Source: Macrostomum lignano (taxonomy: Eukaryota). Taken from it: 64,000 nucleotides of DNA. The stretch spans positions 186,001 to 250,000 of the forward strand of contig NIVC01000095.1 of the NCBI GenBank assembly GCA_002269645.1, read 5' to 3'. The position numbers and the translations under genes were made by a program. Of the stretch, positions 60,504 to 64,000 are shown piece after piece (the stretch's first letter is position 1; each line of letters opens with the position of its first letter). The notes under the pieces are model-generated. The model was not told where the DNA came from and ran no database searches. It saw nothing but the letters and a program-made list of their open reading frames with translations.

Positions 60504-63500
60504 ACTCACTGGAGCAGGTCTCAGACGAGCCGGCGGACTCCAAGCAGTCCATCAGCAGGCGCCTGAAGCTCTGCCGGTCAGTCTTGAGCACGGGCTCCCT
60601 CAGCCGGCACAGACAGGCCAGAGGCAGGCCGTAGCAGCTGGGCACAATGTCTCCCTTTGGCACAGCAAAAATGTGCGGCCCGCCAATCAGGGCGATGACG
60701 AGGACGTCGCCGGGGGCGAATGCTGAGTCGGCCTTGCCGGCGGCCCAACGCTGAACCGCCTGCGGCCACTGACAAGGGCCCAGCGTGGCGTCCAGCATGA
60801 TGGTCTCGCTGCCGCCTATGGGGATGCGAGACTCCACCGGGGAGGCGTGCACGCCGCTGAACTCGCCGCCAGGCGTTGGCATCAGCTGCCAGCTGGCTGA
60901 CACCCGGCCAGTGTTGCGGAGGGTCAGACTGGCCTGTTGGGTTGGTTTGGGTTAGTGGGGGGGGAGGTAGCAGGCGTTGAAATGGCCTGAAATGTGTAGC
61001 ATATCTAAGCCCTTAATTAGTTCACACCTGTGTAGCTTACCTAATTACCTTTGATTAGTTCACACCTGTGTAGCTTATCTAATTACCCTTGATTAGTTCA
61101 CACCTGTGTAGCTTATCTAATTACCTTTGATTAGTTCACACCTGTGTAGCTTATCTAATTACCCTTGATTAGTTCACACCTGTGTAGCTTATCTAATTAC
61201 CTTTGATTACTTCACACCTGTGTAGCTTATTTAATTACCCTTGATTAGTTCACACCTCTGCAGCTTATCTAATTACCCTTGATTAGTTCACACCTGTGTA
61301 GCTTATCTAATTACCCTTGATTAGTTCACACCTGTGTAGCTTATCTAATTACCCTTGATTAGTTCACACCTGTGTAGCTTATCTAATTACCCTTGATTAG
61401 TTCACACCTATGTAGCCTATCTAGTAACCCTTAATTAGTTCACACCTGTGTAGCTTATCTAATTACCCTTGATTATTTCACACCTGTGTAGCTTATCTAA
61501 TTACCCTTGATTAGTTCACACCTGTGTAGCTTATTTAATTACCCTTGATTAGTTCCCACCTCTGCAGCTTATCTAATTACCCTTAATTAGTTATCTAATT
61601 GCCCTTAATTAGTTTACACCTGTGTAGCTTATCTAATTACCTTTGATTAGTTCACACCTGTGTAGCTTATCTAATTACCCTTGATTAGTTCACACCTGTG
61701 TAGCTTATGTAATTACCCTTGATTAGTTCACACCTGTGTAGCTTATCTAATTACCCTTGATTAGTTCACACCTGTGTAGCTTATCTAATTACCCTTGATT
61801 ATTTCACACCTGTGTAGCTTATCTAATTACCCTTGATTAGTTCACACCTGTGTAGCTTATCTAATTACCCTTGATTAGTTCACACCTGTGTAGCTTATCT
61901 AATTACCCTTGATTAGTTCACACCTGTGTAGCTTATCTAATTACCCTTGATTATTTCACACCTGTGTAGCTTATCTAATTACCCTTGATTATTTCACACC
62001 TGTGTAGCTTATCTAAGCCCTTGATTAGTTCACACCTGTGTAGTTTCTCTAATTACCCTTGATTAGTTCACACCTGTGTAGCTTATCTAAGCCCTTGATT
62101 AGTTCACACCTGTGTAGTTTATCTAATTACCCTTGATTAGTTCACACCTGTGTAGCTTATCTAATTACCCTTGATTAGTTCACACCTATGTAGCTTATCT
62201 AATTATCCTTGATTAGCTCACACCTTGCAGCTTACCCTAACCGCAGGGAAAAATCAATGCAACAAAGAAGCTCACCCTATAAGTATCAGAGAAGCTTAGC
62301 TCTCCAAACTGCACCTCGTGTCCGGGCTCCAGAGTGCACTGCGGCAGTACGGCATTCTCTAACGAGTCCAACCACTGCACGCCACGTTTTATAGTTCGTT
62401 TCTGCCGTTCAACATCCACTCTGGCCACCTGGGTGTTGAATGTGCAAGTTACCGGTTTGTGATCGCTGTATACATAACTGTGCTGGCTGCGATATTTTAG
62501 AGGCTCGCAGCGCACATCCTCCGCTCGGTAGAGAATGCGGTCACACCAGCTGGGCACGCGAACTTTCTCCGAGTCGAATCTCTGACTGCCAATCTCGTAT
62601 TTGTAGGTTGGCCAGAAGTCTATGCTGGCTTCTGAGTAGCTCTGTGGATAGGGGTATGCGATTCATTCATAAGCTCGGAATTACAAATATCACATCCTGG
62701 AAAGTCGAAATCTTTCACAAGCTCGAAGCTTCACGAGCTCGAAACAATTCACACAGTCGTAAATTCTTGCTAGTCAGCTACAACTTAACCCTCAGTTTAT
62801 CAACTATCAGTTTATCAACTATCAGTTTATCAACCCTCAGTATATCAACCCTCAGTATATCAACCCTCGGTTTATCGATCCTCAGTTTATTAACCACTCA
62901 GTTTATCAACCTTCAGTTTATCAACCCTCAGTTTATCAACCCTCAGTTTATCAACCCTCAGTTTATCAACCCCTCAGTTTATCAACCCTCAGTTTATCAA
63001 CCCTCAGTTTATCAACCCCTCAGTTTATCAACCCTCAGTTTATCAACCTTCAGTTTATCAACCCTCAGTTTATCAACCCTCAGTTTATCGATCCTCAGTT
63101 TATTAACCACTCAGTTTATCAACCTTCAGTTTATCAACCCTCAGTTTATCAACCCCTCAGTTTATCAACCCTCAGTTTATCAACCTTCAGTTTATCAACC
63201 CTCAGTTTATCAACCTTCAGTTTATCAACCCTCAGTTTATCAACCCTCAGTTTATCAACCCTCAGTTTATCGATCCTCAGTTTATTAACCACTCAGTTTA
63301 TCAACCTTCAGTTTATCAACCTTCAGTTTATCAACCCTCAGTTTATCAACCCTCAGTTTATCGATCCTCAGTTTATTAACCACTCAGTTTATCAACCTTC
63401 AGTTTATCAACCTTCAGTTTATCAACCTTCAGTTTATCAACCCTCAGTTTATCAACCTTCAGTTTATCAACCCTCAGTTCATCAACCCTCAGTTCATCAA

Positions 63501-64000
63501 CCCTCTGTTCATCAACCCTCAGTTTATCAAGCATCAATAGCCAGTCTTATGAAAAATTCAGCTAAAACAAATAATTGAAATACTTGAACTAATTCTGAAC
63601 TCACCAGAAAGATATTCCCATATCGAGCCTGAGCCCTGGCCCTCCTGAGCTCATCGTGGCGGGCCAGCAGCTCTTCCACAGCACCCGGTCGCTCCGTGTC
63701 AAACAGTCTGGCCTCCACAGCCTCTTTACTGACGCCAGACAGTCGGAAATTTAAATCGCCAAAGAAAAAAGTCACGTGACTTCCAACCGCGTCGCCAACG
63801 TGACTAAGCAGTTCGTAGCGACCAGCCGTGCCCTCAAACATCAGCTTTAGTTTCTGTTGAATATCGCGAAAATCGTTGTAGCGATTCTCCAGCTTATCTT
63901 CACCGGCTGCCAGGTGGCAGTTCACAAAGGTGAACTGAGTATCGCCCAGTTGAAATCGGACCGCGGTGCCGCCTTTGTTAGGACCGAAACCCATCAGACC
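59359..64000 (-). CDS. OCRL: Inositol polyphosphate 5-phosphatase, OCRL/INPP5B type (5-phosphatase, ASH, RhoGAP-like); 5' part outside window
   Basis: Exons >64000-63605, 62641-62276, 60933-60510 and 59885-59359 (phases consistent). [17 protein letters not shown]; [10 protein letters not shown]; [25 protein letters not shown]; ASH ([29 protein letters not shown]); RhoGAP-like ([26 protein letters not shown]). No C-terminal CaaX, which favours OCRL over INPP5B. Confidence 0.92.
60022..60502. repeat. (GTCT/GTGT)n microsatellite in an OCRL intron (GACA on the sense strand)
   Basis: Starts right after the donor gtgagt on the minus strand. Confidence 0.97.
61010..62225. repeat. 38-bp minisatellite in an OCRL intron
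   Basis: About 31 copies of gattagttcacacctgtgtagcttatctaattaccctt. Confidence 0.97.
62790..63530. repeat. 15-bp minisatellite in an OCRL intron
   Basis: cctcagtttatcaac units. Confidence 0.96.

Overview
Eukaryotic (metazoan) genomic DNA: AT-rich intergenic sequence, GC-rich spliced exons with GT-AG introns, and introns packed with micro- and minisatellites. The composition and GACA/GATA arrays suggest a free-living flatworm such as Macrostomum, but this is inference only. Host genes rebuilt by hand from splice sites: a divergent importin-alpha-like gene with no IBB domain and a long TN(E/Q)(A/G) repeat tail (-), a 64-aa secreted prepropeptide (+), a THAP-domain gene (+), an Rdx/SelW-fold-like protein lacking the redox cysteines (+), a C-type lectin-PAN protein (-), CCDC153/DRC12 (-), 14-3-3 (+), an R7-family RGS (+), DNA ligase 1 with a candidate mitochondrial presequence (+), and the 3' part of an OCRL/INPP5B-type 5-phosphatase (-, runs off the right edge). 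Mobile DNA: a Crypton-type tyrosine recombinase element, a truncated DIRS/Ngaro-type retroelement, a decayed hAT transposase, a tRNA-derived SINE, several MITE/foldback elements (two with target-site duplications), and a 1.5-kb inverted-repeat element carrying an apparent Polinton/Maverick protease remnant. Four ORFs each appear to lack one base, possibly long-read consensus errors. Protein family calls come from recognising motifs by eye; no searches were run. Repeat boundaries are approximate.
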